Shown here piece by piece: positions 48,050-57,041 of a DNA stretch of 64,000 bases. A program made the translations under genes and the position numbers. The notes beneath the pieces are model-generated. The model was given only the letters and a program-made list of their open reading frames with translations, did no database searches and had not been told where the DNA came from. Position 1 is the stretch's first letter; every line of letters starts with the position of its first letter. The DNA is from an uncultured Clostridia bacterium (GTDB taxonomy: Bacteria > Bacillota > Clostridia > Lachnospirales > CAG-274), in assembly GCA_944384195.1 (NCBI GenBank), contig CALWSK010000003.1, positions 74,826 to 138,825 of the forward strand, read 5' to 3'.

Positions 48050-48120
48050 AATATCTCCTTAACATAAGAGAAGTAATCTCTTCTCAAAATAATAAATTTA
48101 GTATATTTTTATATAATAAT

Positions 48121-48149
48121 ATTTTACTATTTTATGTATATTTTATCAA
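48121..48149 (-). promoter_or_regulatory. sigma-A promoter for the MazG-like/gdpP/rplI/dnaB unit
   Basis: TTGATA (48149-48144), 17 nt spacer, TAAAAT (48126-48121). Confidence 0.55.
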
Positions 48150-48238
48150 ATATTATAAAAAACAAAAAATATCAAAATATATATTTTAAAAGCTTTTATT
48201 AATATATTTTATTATTTTAACACATATTATCTTTTCTT

Positions 48239-49054
48239 TCAACATTTTTCAATTTTACTTTTTTCTAATATAGCATTTATTTGCCCTCCTACTAAAAGAA
48301 CTAGTGAAATCATATTAAGCCAAATAACAAGAACAAATATACTCCCAATACTACCATATATCTTAGAATACTTAGAATAATTATTTACATATATATTAAA
48401 TACTTTAGATAATATAAGCCAAAATCCAACAGAGAACAAGGCTCCTGGCAAAATCTGTCTTAAACTTACCTTTTTACATATAGATATTTTATAAATAACA
48501 AGAACCATAATAAGAAGCACAAGTGCTACAAAAAAATGTAAAAATAAGCTATCTAAAAAATATGGTATAAACTCTAAAGTTGTATATTTAAGTATAAGAA
48601 GTTCTATATTATCACTAAATATAAATATAAGCAAAGACATATTAACTAAAATCGCAAATATAAAAACAAGCATAACACTAGTTAATCTTTTTATAAAAAA
48701 ATTTCTTTCATCATGTTGCTCATAAGCTCTATTAAGCCCTTGTATAATAGAATTAAATCCAGTAGATGCACTATATATACTAACTAAAAAACTTGTAGAT
48801 AAAAGACTAACACTTTTAGTGTTTATAACTTCTTCTAAAAAAAGATTTAAAAGAGCTGCTATTGGCTTTGGTAAAGAATTATTTATCTGAAGTATATAAC
48901 CTGTAAAATCTAACTTAAAAAATCCTATTAAAGTCATAAGAAATATTATAAAAGGAAATATAGAAAGAAGTAATTTATATGTAAGAGCATTTGCCATAAG
49001 CATAAGCTCATTTTCTAATGTTTTTTTTAAAAGATTTTTTAAAAATATAAACAT
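48239..49054 (-). CDS. YihY/BrkB family membrane protein
   Basis: LLSIFP, YSASTG...GLNRAY, PGALF, YGSIGS...WL...LLVGGQIN. Start probably ATG 49054. Confidence 0.88.
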   Translation of the reverse strand: MFIFLKNLLKKTLENELMLMANALTYKLLLSIFPFIIFLMTLIGFFKLDFTGYILQINNSLPKPIAALLNLFLEEVINTKSVSLLSTSFLVSIYSASTGFNSIIQGLNRAYEQHDERNFFIKRLTSVMLVFIFAILVNMSLLIFIFSDNIELLILKYTTLEFIPYFLDSLFLHFFVALVLLIMVLVIYKISICKKVSLRQILPGALFSVGFWLILSKVFNIYVNNYSKYSKIYGSIGSIFVLVIWLNMISLVLLVGGQINAILEKSKIEKC

Positions 49055-49153
49055 ATTGCCCCCTAAATTATGTAAACACACAAAATAAAATTTGTGTGTT
49101 AAACTAATATAAACCTATATTATACTAACTATAATATAAAATCAAGTCTATTG

Positions 49154-50332
49154 TTATGCAACCCAATCTATTATAAGATTTTTTAATGTATCTATAAGAG
49201 TAGCTTTATCTACTTTATCTCTAGCTACTACTTCTGCTCTGCCTAGCTCTTTGCCATCGCTAAAATAAATAACCTCTCCTAACTTTGCACCTTTATTTAT
49301 AGGAGCACTTATATTTTCTATCATTTCTACTTTTGTTTCTATATCTTTTATTTTATCTTTTTTCACAACAAAATTTACATCATCTTTAAGCTCACCTATA
49401 ACAAAAGGCATATTTCCCTTATACACATTAGTTTTACCTATTTCTTTTCCTTTTTTATCCACAGTTAATACTTTAAAATTATCAAATCCATAGTCTAAAA
49501 GCTTAGCTGTTTCATTAAATCTAGCCTTAGGGTCTGGAGCTCCTAAAATAACTGCTACTAATGATTGTCCGTCTCTTTCTGCTGTTGCTGATAAACAGTA
49601 TAGAGCCTTTTGAGTTGAACCTGTTTTAAGTCCTGTTGCCCCTTCATAAGTTTTTAATAACCTATTAGTATTTGTAAGTCCAAAATCTGTTTCTCCATTT
49701 TTAGTCTTATGCACTATAGTATCTTGCCATCTTGTAGTAAAATTTTTTATTTGAGGATATTTGCTCATAAGTTCCCTGCTTATTATAGCTATATCTCTAG
49801 CGCTCATATAATGATTTGTTGTTTGTGTATCAAGTCCACAAGCATTTTCAAAGTTAGAATTTTTCATTCCGAGCTCTTTTGCCTTATTATTCATAAGCTC
49901 TACAAACTTTTCTTCGCTTCCTGATATATGCTCTGCCATAGCAACAGCCGCATCATTAGCAGAAGCTATAGCTATAGATTTAGTCAAAGTTTCTACTGTT
50001 TGCTTTTCGTTAGGTTCTAAAAATATTTGAGAACCTCCCATACTAGAAGCATATTCACTAATACTTACCTCATCGTCCCATTTTATCTTGCCTTGTTCTA
50101 TAGCCTCATATATAAGATATAAAGTCATAACCTTAGTAACACTAGCTGGGGATAATCTCTCATCTGGATTTTTTTCATAAAGCACCTCCCCCGTAGTCTG
50201 TTCCATAAGTATAGCCGCTTTTGCCATTATGTCTAAATTTTGGTTATTAGCTTCTTGCTCCTTTGCAAAAACAATAGAGCTAAAAATAAGGCAAAAACTT
50301 AAAACTAAACATATAAATATTTTTTTATTCAT
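49154..50332 (-). CDS. dacF: D-alanyl-D-alanine carboxypeptidase (S11, DacF-like)
   Basis: Signal peptide, SVTK (SxxK), SANDA (SxN), GGSQIFLE, KTG triad, PBP5-like C-terminal domain. Assignment to the DacF paralog is inferred. Confidence 0.8.
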   Translation of the reverse strand: MNKKIFICLVLSFCLIFSSIVFAKEQEANNQNLDIMAKAAILMEQTTGEVLYEKNPDERLSPASVTKVMTLYLIYEAIEQGKIKWDDEVSISEYASSMGGSQIFLEPNEKQTVETLTKSIAIASANDAAVAMAEHISGSEEKFVELMNNKAKELGMKNSNFENACGLDTQTTNHYMSARDIAIISRELMSKYPQIKNFTTRWQDTIVHKTKNGETDFGLTNTNRLLKTYEGATGLKTGSTQKALYCLSATAERDGQSLVAVILGAPDPKARFNETAKLLDYGFDNFKVLTVDKKGKEIGKTNVYKGNMPFVIGELKDDVNFVVKKDKIKDIETKVEMIENISAPINKGAKLGEVIYFSDGKELGRAEVVARDKVDKATLIDTLKNLIIDWVA

Positions 50333-50458
50333 ACAAATCCCTCCATAATTTTTACCTATGTTTAGAATTTACTATTTTTTTAATTTTATTCATATTTTTA
50401 GTAAACTATATCTTATATATGTATAAAAATGTTATATTATCCACAAATTTTAAAAAAT

Positions 50459-50487
50459 AAAAAGGCATAGACTAAATCTAATGCCTT
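50459..50487 (-). terminator. intrinsic terminator after ftsZ
   Basis: Minus strand AAGGCATTAG...CTATGCCTTTTT. Confidence 0.7.
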
Positions 50488-50495
50488 AATTAATA

Positions 50496-51764
50496 TTATC
50501 TATGTTTTCTAAGAAATGTAGGAATATTAAGTTTTCCTCCTGTTGTTTCTTGATGTTCATTATTTCTATTTAAACCATAGTTATTGCTTTGTTCTTGGTT
50601 TTTAAAAACTGGTTCTTGAGTATGATTTATAGGAGCTTGATCTGTTTGGTGTTGTTGCATTTGCACCTGTTGTTGTGGTTGCATATGTTGTTGTGGTTGA
50701 GAATACATATATTGTTGTTGCATTCCTTGTTGCATAGAAGGATTATTATTTGGTATGTAAGTATTTTGATTTGGTATATTTGCTGTATTAGAAGATATTT
50801 GAGGTTCGTCAACATCTTTAAGATCTGTAGCTACTATTGTTATAATTACTCTATCTTTAAGGTTTTCCTCTATAGAAGAACCATATATTATATTAGCAGA
50901 TATATCAAGCATATCAGTAATGCTAGATACCCCTCTATTTATCTCTTTAAGAGCTAAGTCTGGACCTCCTGCTACATTTATAAGAAGGCTTTTTGCTCCC
51001 TCTATAGAAGTTTCTAAAAGTGGACTATTTATAGCTTCATTTACTGCATCTTGTATTTTATTTTTGCCACTACCTTCTCCAACACCAAGATGAGCATATC
51101 CTTTATCTTTCATAATAGTTGTAACATCGGCAAAGTCAACATTGATTTCTGCTGGATTTTTAATAATATTTGCTATACCAGTAACACCTTGTCTTAATAC
51201 TTCATCTACTTTATGGAAAGCTTCTTGTTGAGTTACATCATCTTCTATTATATCTAAGATACGCTCGTTAGGTATAACAATAAGTGTATCTACGCTCTCT
51301 CTAAGCTTTTCTATACCTTCCATAGCATTTAAAGCTCTTTTTTTGCCTTCAAAATTAAAAGGCTTAGTAACAACGGCAACAGTAAGAACTCCTTGGCTTT
51401 TTGCTATGCTAGCAACAACCGCCGCTGCTCCTGTTCCTGTTCCACCGCCCATACCAGCCGTAACAAAAACCATATCCGCACCTTGTATAGCTTGAGCTAT
51501 GTCGTCTTTAGATTCTTCTGCTGCTATCCTACCTACTTCCGGGTTACCACCTGCTCCAAGTCCTCTTGTTGATTTTTCTCCTATAACTATAGTTTTTTGG
51601 GCTAAGCTTTTGTTAAGAGCTTGTCTATCTGTATTTATTGCTATAAACTCTATGTCGTTTGCGCCAAATTCTACCATTCTATTTACTGCATTATTTCCAG
51701 CACCACCAACGCCTATAACAATAATTTTTTCTTCTTCATTGTTTATATTTTCTAGACCTATCAA
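50496..51764 (-). CDS. ftsZ: cell division GTPase FtsZ with a long Q/M/P-rich linker
   Basis: [22 protein letters not shown] signature, INVDFADV, C-terminal core LNIPTFLR. Confidence 0.97.
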   Translation of the reverse strand: MIGLENINNEEEKIIVIGVGGAGNNAVNRMVEFGANDIEFIAINTDRQALNKSLAQKTIVIGEKSTRGLGAGGNPEVGRIAAEESKDDIAQAIQGADMVFVTAGMGGGTGTGAAAVVASIAKSQGVLTVAVVTKPFNFEGKKRALNAMEGIEKLRESVDTLIVIPNERILDIIEDDVTQQEAFHKVDEVLRQGVTGIANIIKNPAEINVDFADVTTIMKDKGYAHLGVGEGSGKNKIQDAVNEAINSPLLETSIEGAKSLLINVAGGPDLALKEINRGVSSITDMLDISANIIYGSSIEENLKDRVIITIVATDLKDVDEPQISSNTANIPNQNTYIPNNNPSMQQGMQQQYMYSQPQQHMQPQQQVQMQQHQTDQAPINHTQEPVFKNQEQSNNYGLNRNNEHQETTGGKLNIPTFLRKHR

Positions 51765-51800
51765 AATATAACCCTCCTAAATCATATTTTTATTAATACA

Positions 51801-51828
51801 ATTATATATCATTTTTTTTAAAATTCAA
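51801..51828 (-). promoter_or_regulatory. candidate sigma-A promoter directly upstream of ftsZ
   Basis: TTGAAT (51828-51823), 16 nt spacer, TATAAT (51806-51801). Confidence 0.5.
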
Positions 51829-51921
51829 TTTATTTATAAACTTGTTTAAAATTTATTTATATTTATCCCTATTTTAATATTATACTTTGTTTTTAAAAAA
51901 TTTCAAGTAAAATATTATAAA

Positions 51922-52635
51922 TTAAGTCATATATTTAAAAATTGGAGCTTTGTTAATATCATTTATATACAAAAATCCTTTCTCTTCTGGCTTAAATTTT
52001 TTAAGTATAGCATCTAAAATATTTATTTTTATATTTATCTCTTCGCTATCCCCTAAAAAGATATCTAGCTTATCTGTATATAAATGTATATCATTAAAAT
52101 CTGATATATCTATCTTATTTATCCCCTTTATATTTTGCTTTTCTTCTATATTTGCTACTATCTCCATAACTACAAAAAATGCTTCTTCATTTTCTGTTTC
52201 TAATATCTTACCTATTGTAAATTTATCAAAATTTAATCCATATATTATAGGTAAAGGCTCTTTAAAATCTGGCCTAGAATCTATAACTCGCCCTTGTGTA
52301 TCTATATATAAAAAATTATCTATACAAGGTATATAGCCTATAAGTCTTCTTTCTTTTACATCAACAACTATCTTATTAGGAAATTTTTTTATTATATTTA
52401 TATCTTCTACATAATAATTATTTTTCATTCGCCTTTTAGCCACAACACTATTTATAGCAAGTATGTTTGTAGGTTTATCTAACTTAAGCTCTTTAATAAC
52501 TGTAGCCTCATCTAAAAGTTTAATTCCTCTTACTTCTATATTTTGTATATTTAGCCAAGGCGATAACATTAGTAGCATAAAACTAAATGCTACTAATGTT
52601 ACTGTGCCTAATATATATATATATATCTTTTTCAT
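51922..52635 (-). CDS. divIB: cell division protein FtsQ/DivIB
   Basis: N-terminal TM segment, POTRA domain (IEVRG...KKFPNKIVVDVKER); located between murA and ftsZ. Confidence 0.88.
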   Translation of the reverse strand: MKKIYIYILGTVTLVAFSFMLLMLSPWLNIQNIEVRGIKLLDEATVIKELKLDKPTNILAINSVVAKRRMKNNYYVEDINIIKKFPNKIVVDVKERRLIGYIPCIDNFLYIDTQGRVIDSRPDFKEPLPIIYGLNFDKFTIGKILETENEEAFFVVMEIVANIEEKQNIKGINKIDISDFNDIHLYTDKLDIFLGDSEEINIKINILDAILKKFKPEEKGFLYINDINKAPIFKYMT

Positions 52636-52645
52636 TGTTCTTCAC

Positions 52646-53908
52646 CTAGCTTTTGATATATTTTATATCCGCTCCTAAGCTTGTTAGCTTATCTTGTATA
52701 TTCTCATATCCACGTCTTATATAAGATGCTCCATTTATCGTACTTTGTCCATCTATATAAAGAGCCATGGTAATAAGAGCTGCTCCTCCTCTTAGCTCTT
52801 TAGCTTCAACTTCTTGTGCTAGAAATTCTTTCTTACCATTTATTTTAAATATATTATCTTTTTCCTTAATATCTGCTCCAAATTTTCTTAGTTCCGATAT
52901 ATGCTTATTTCTAGCTTCAAATATATTTTCTTTTATTATACTTTCTCCATTTGCAATACACATAAGGCTTACAAACTGTGCTTGCATATCTGTAGGGAAA
53001 TACGGATAAGGCTTTGTCTCTAAAAATTTTATAGGTTTTATAATTTTAGGGGCATCACAAAGTATTTCATTTTCTTTTAATAAAAAGCTACACCCTGTTT
53101 TTTCTAGCTCTTTTATAACATATAAAAGATGATTTGGATTAGCTCCTTCTAATAAAACTTTGCCCCCTGTTATAGCAGTCATACATAAAAATGTTCCCGC
53201 TTCTATCCTATCTGGCATAATAGTATATTCGCAATATTCTTTAAGCTTGCTTACGCCTTTTATAGTTATCTTATCTGTTCCCTCTCCTGTTATATCAGCT
53301 CCCATCTGCCTAAGAAATTTTACCATATCTACTATTTCTGGCTCTTTTGCGCTATTTTTTATAACAACTTTTCCATCTGAAAATATGCTAGCTAATATTA
53401 TATTTTGTGTAGCACCAACGCTTGCAAAAGGTAAGCTTATCTCACAAGATTTTATTTTCTCTAAACTAGCTACTATCATATCATCATCATCTTGCTCTAT
53501 AATAGCTCCAAGCTTTTTAAGCGCTTTTATGTGAAAATCTATAGGTCTTTTGCCAAGCTTACACCCTCCAGGTTCATATATCTTAGCGCTTTTGCATCTT
53601 GCAAGAATAGAACCTAAAAATATAATAGAAGAACGCATCTTACAAGCTAAATCCTTGCAAACCTTATCATTTTCCAATGTCCTAGAATCTACAACAACTG
53701 TATTTCCCATAACATCTATCTTACAGCCTAAGCTTTTTAATATATCTAAAGAAACCTTTGTATCTGATAACATAGGAACATTTTTTATAACGCATATACC
53801 GCTATTTAAAAGGCTAGATGCAAGAATAGGTAAAACAGAATTTTTAGCCCCACTTATACTTACATTTCCCTCTAAAGCTCTAGCCCCTCTTATTATATAT
53901 TTAGACAT
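52646..53908 (-). CDS. murA: UDP-N-acetylglucosamine 1-carboxyvinyltransferase
   Basis: GAKNS, PGGCKLGKRPID (catalytic Cys), SVGAT, PDRIEAGT, FPTDMQAQ, ELRGGA, RRGYE. Confidence 0.93.
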   Translation of the reverse strand: MSKYIIRGARALEGNVSISGAKNSVLPILASSLLNSGICVIKNVPMLSDTKVSLDILKSLGCKIDVMGNTVVVDSRTLENDKVCKDLACKMRSSIIFLGSILARCKSAKIYEPGGCKLGKRPIDFHIKALKKLGAIIEQDDDDMIVASLEKIKSCEISLPFASVGATQNIILASIFSDGKVVIKNSAKEPEIVDMVKFLRQMGADITGEGTDKITIKGVSKLKEYCEYTIMPDRIEAGTFLCMTAITGGKVLLEGANPNHLLYVIKELEKTGCSFLLKENEILCDAPKIIKPIKFLETKPYPYFPTDMQAQFVSLMCIANGESIIKENIFEARNKHISELRKFGADIKEKDNIFKINGKKEFLAQEVEAKELRGGAALITMALYIDGQSTINGASYIRRGYENIQDKLTSLGADIKYIKS

Positions 53909-53963
53909 ATAGCCCCTCCAAAAAAATCATATTTTATACTATGTGGGGCTATATTTTTTTGTT
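53907..53963 (-). promoter_or_regulatory. 10-bp inverted repeat sequestering the murA RBS, with an internal sigma-E/K-like promoter
   Basis: ATATAGCCCC (53907-53916) pairs with GGGGCTATAT (53945-53954); minus strand AACA-N16-CATAGTATA at 53963-53935. Confidence 0.5.
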
Positions 53964-53965
53964 CC

Positions 53966-56200
53966 TTATATTTTTTTAAGCTTAGATAAATTAGCCATAA
54001 GCTTTTTAACTGTTCCATTTCCAAATTCTACGTCCACTTCATAATCTGCACCAGATGGACTTATGCTTAAAACTTTCCCTTCTCCAAATTTAAAATGTCT
54101 TACATAATCTCCAACTTCAAAATCTATGCTTGCATTTTTAGATATAGGCATTTGCTTTTTAAGATAACTAGATACATCTGGCTTATAAGCTGGCTTTGGT
54201 CTATATTTTCCTACGCTACTGTTTGTTGAAGATACATTGTTAGATAGCCTTATATTTTGAGCCTTTTTAGGCTGTATATTATTGATATACTCTTTAGGCA
54301 TCTCCCTAAAAAAACTAGAAGGAAACATTCTCTTAAATTCCCCGTTTTGTAACCTAGTATTAGCATTTGTTATATATAATAGTTCTTTTGCCCTTGTTAT
54401 AGCAACATATAAAAGTCTTCTTTCTTCTTCTAGCTCTTCTGGGCTTGTCCCCATAAAAGATGAAGATATTGGAAAAATTCCCTCTTCAAATCCTGCTAAA
54501 AACACAATAGGAAATTCTAGTCCCTTAGAAGTATGTACTGTCATAAGGCTTACAAAATCTTGCTCCTCATCTCTTTCTTCTGCTTCTGCTACAAGAGCAA
54601 TATCTTCTAAAAAGTTTATAAGATTTTTTTCTCTCTCATCTTCTACATTTTCAAATTCTACTGCCTTGCTTATAAACTCTCTAAGATTTTCTATTCTTGC
54701 CTCTGCTTCCTTTTTAGCTTGTTTTTCTAAATCTTCTAAATATCCTGTTTTATGTAATACGCTTTTTATAAGATTAGATACTGACATATTAAGCATATCT
54801 TCTCTAAGCTCTTCTATTATATCTAAAAACTTATAAATTTCTTGTTGTTTTTTGCCAAGTCCTTCTATTTTATCCACATTTTTCATAGCAGTATAAAAAC
54901 TAATATTTTCTTCATTTGAATAATCTATGATTTTACCTATAGTTACATCTCCTATATTTCTTTTAGGAACATTTATTATTCTTCTTATAGATACAGAATC
55001 TTTAGGATTTAATAATATTCTTAAATATGCTAAAATATCTTTTATTTCTTTTCTGGAATAAAAGTTTAACCCTCCATAAATTTTATAAGGAATAGATAAA
55101 AACATAAGCTGTTCTTCTAATACCCTAGATAAAGCATTTTTTCTATATAAAATAGCCATATCTTTAAGCTTATAGCCTTCTTTTCTTTTGTTTATTATTT
55201 CATTTGCTATAAACTTGGATTCTTCTTTATCATTTTCTAAAGTTATATAATTTATATCTTCACCATCTATATTTTCAGTCCAAAGGCTTTTTTCTTTTCT
55301 TCCAAAATTGTTTTTAATAACAAAATTTGCCGTATTTAAAATCTTTTTGCTAGAACGATAATTTTGTTCAAGTTTTATAGTTTTAGCTTCTTCAAAATCT
55401 TTTTCAAAATTTAGTATATTGCTAATATCTGCTCCTCTCCAGCCATATATACTCTGGTCATCATCTCCAACAACACAAATATTTCTATATTTTTGGGCAA
55501 GTAATTTTACAAGCTCATACTGTGCTTTGCTAGTATCTTGATATTCATCAACTAAAATATATCTAAATCTTTCTCTATAATTTTCTAATATATCCTCACA
55601 TTTTGTAAAAAGTTCAACAGTCTTATAAATCAAATCATCAAAATCTAAAGCTTGATTATTAAATAATCTCTTTTGATATTCTTTATAAACTTCTATAGCT
55701 GTTTTCTCTCTAAAATCTGTATAATTTTTTTGTTCAAATTCTTCTGGAGAAATAAGCTTATCTTTTTGGCTACTTATCTTAGAAGCTATATATTTAGCAC
55801 TTATCTTTTTCTCATCTATTTTAAAATCTTTTATTATTTCTTTTATAACTCGTTCGCTATCATCAGCATCGTATATAGTAAAATTTTTATTATATCCTAT
55901 AGCCTCTATATCTCTTCTTAATATCCTAACACATAAAGAATGAAAAGTAGATACTAAAACCATAGAACCCTCTGAACTAAGTGCACATACTCTTTCTTTC
56001 ATCTCTTTAGCAGCTTTATTTGTAAAAGTTATAGCAAGGATATTAAAAGCTCTAACTCCATTTTCTATAAGATATGCTATTTTATGTGTTAATACTCTAG
56101 TCTTACCAGAACCTGCTCCTGCAAGAATAAGCAAAGGCCCTTCAGAATTTATAACGGCCTTTTTTTGCATAGAATTTAAGCTATTTAATTTTTCTTCCAT
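53966..56200 (-). CDS. pcrA: ATP-dependent DNA helicase PcrA/UvrD
   Basis: AGAGSGKT, VDEYQD, VGDDDQSIYGWRGA, LEQNYRS, HTSKGLEF, EEERRLLYVAITRA, Tudor-like C-terminus. Confidence 0.97.
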   Translation of the reverse strand: MEEKLNSLNSMQKKAVINSEGPLLILAGAGSGKTRVLTHKIAYLIENGVRAFNILAITFTNKAAKEMKERVCALSSEGSMVLVSTFHSLCVRILRRDIEAIGYNKNFTIYDADDSERVIKEIIKDFKIDEKKISAKYIASKISSQKDKLISPEEFEQKNYTDFREKTAIEVYKEYQKRLFNNQALDFDDLIYKTVELFTKCEDILENYRERFRYILVDEYQDTSKAQYELVKLLAQKYRNICVVGDDDQSIYGWRGADISNILNFEKDFEEAKTIKLEQNYRSSKKILNTANFVIKNNFGRKEKSLWTENIDGEDINYITLENDKEESKFIANEIINKRKEGYKLKDMAILYRKNALSRVLEEQLMFLSIPYKIYGGLNFYSRKEIKDILAYLRILLNPKDSVSIRRIINVPKRNIGDVTIGKIIDYSNEENISFYTAMKNVDKIEGLGKKQQEIYKFLDIIEELREDMLNMSVSNLIKSVLHKTGYLEDLEKQAKKEAEARIENLREFISKAVEFENVEDEREKNLINFLEDIALVAEAEERDEEQDFVSLMTVHTSKGLEFPIVFLAGFEEGIFPISSSFMGTSPEELEEERRLLYVAITRAKELLYITNANTRLQNGEFKRMFPSSFFREMPKEYINNIQPKKAQNIRLSNNVSSTNSSVGKYRPKPAYKPDVSSYLKKQMPISKNASIDFEVGDYVRHFKFGEGKVLSISPSGADYEVDVEFGNGTVKKLMANLSKLKKI

Positions 56201-56211
56201 AATTTATACTC

Positions 56212-56679
56212 CTAATAATTAAATATATATTTATTTTTATTTTTTAGTCTAATAATCCATAATACAAAAAGAATTAAAAAAATTCCTGTACTAGCTCCAC
56301 TAAAATCTAATAATACATCTTTTACACTTGAACTTCTTCCTAAAAAATATATTTGAATATATTCATCTATAACTGGAACTAAAATAGCAAAAAATAAAGG
56401 AAATCCTAAACTTTTAAATATATTTTTGCTAAATGAATTAAATGTAAGAATAAGAAAAAAACCAAATGTAAAAAATTCTACAAAATGAGCAAGTTTTCTA
56501 ATAAAATGCCCAGTAAAAGAAAAATTTATATTAAAAAAATTTAAAATATCATTAATAAGATTTAATACAAATGCACTAGCTTCAGAAGAACTTTGTCCAT
56601 TTTGTAAAGAATTATAAAATATAAAGCAAACTATTGTTATGGTAAAAAACAAATATACACCTCTTTTTAAATTTATCAA
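56212..56679 (-). CDS. VanZ family membrane protein
   Basis: IRKLAHFVEF, DEYIQ...GRSSSVKDVLLD. Confidence 0.85.
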   Translation of the reverse strand: MINLKRGVYLFFTITIVCFIFYNSLQNGQSSSEASAFVLNLINDILNFFNINFSFTGHFIRKLAHFVEFFTFGFFLILTFNSFSKNIFKSLGFPLFFAILVPVIDEYIQIYFLGRSSSVKDVLLDFSGASTGIFLILFVLWIIRLKNKNKYIFNY

Positions 56680-56962
56680 AAATATCCCCCTTTCTTATTA
56701 TTAAAATCAAAAATAATACTACCAAAATATATTATATTAATAATAAAAATTGGTACTATTTTAAATTATTTTCATATTGCAAACTTTTATACTCATTACA
56801 GTATATATTATTAAATTATTATTTGCAATAGCTTAAAGTATAATCTTGTACATATTATAAATAATAATAATGTATTTTTATATTAAAAAACATATCTAAA
56901 TATGATTTGTATATGATTTCAATATTTTTAGTATATTTTTTACGTATATAGCATATAAAAGC

Positions 56963-56990
56963 TTGACTTTTAAGGTTGTAGTATTATAAT
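56963..56990 (+). promoter_or_regulatory. sigma-A promoter for the reductase gene
   Basis: TTGACT (56963-56968), 16 nt spacer, TATAAT (56985-56990). Confidence 0.6.
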
Positions 56991-57041
56991 TATATTTATA
57001 AATATATCATAAAAGGAAAGGAGCTATCTTAATATTTAAGA

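Noticed and set aside
50333-50430. sigma-F promoter for the dacF-like gene
   Set aside because: A GGTAAAAATT -10-like match lies too close to the SD and has no matching -35, so it is not supportable.
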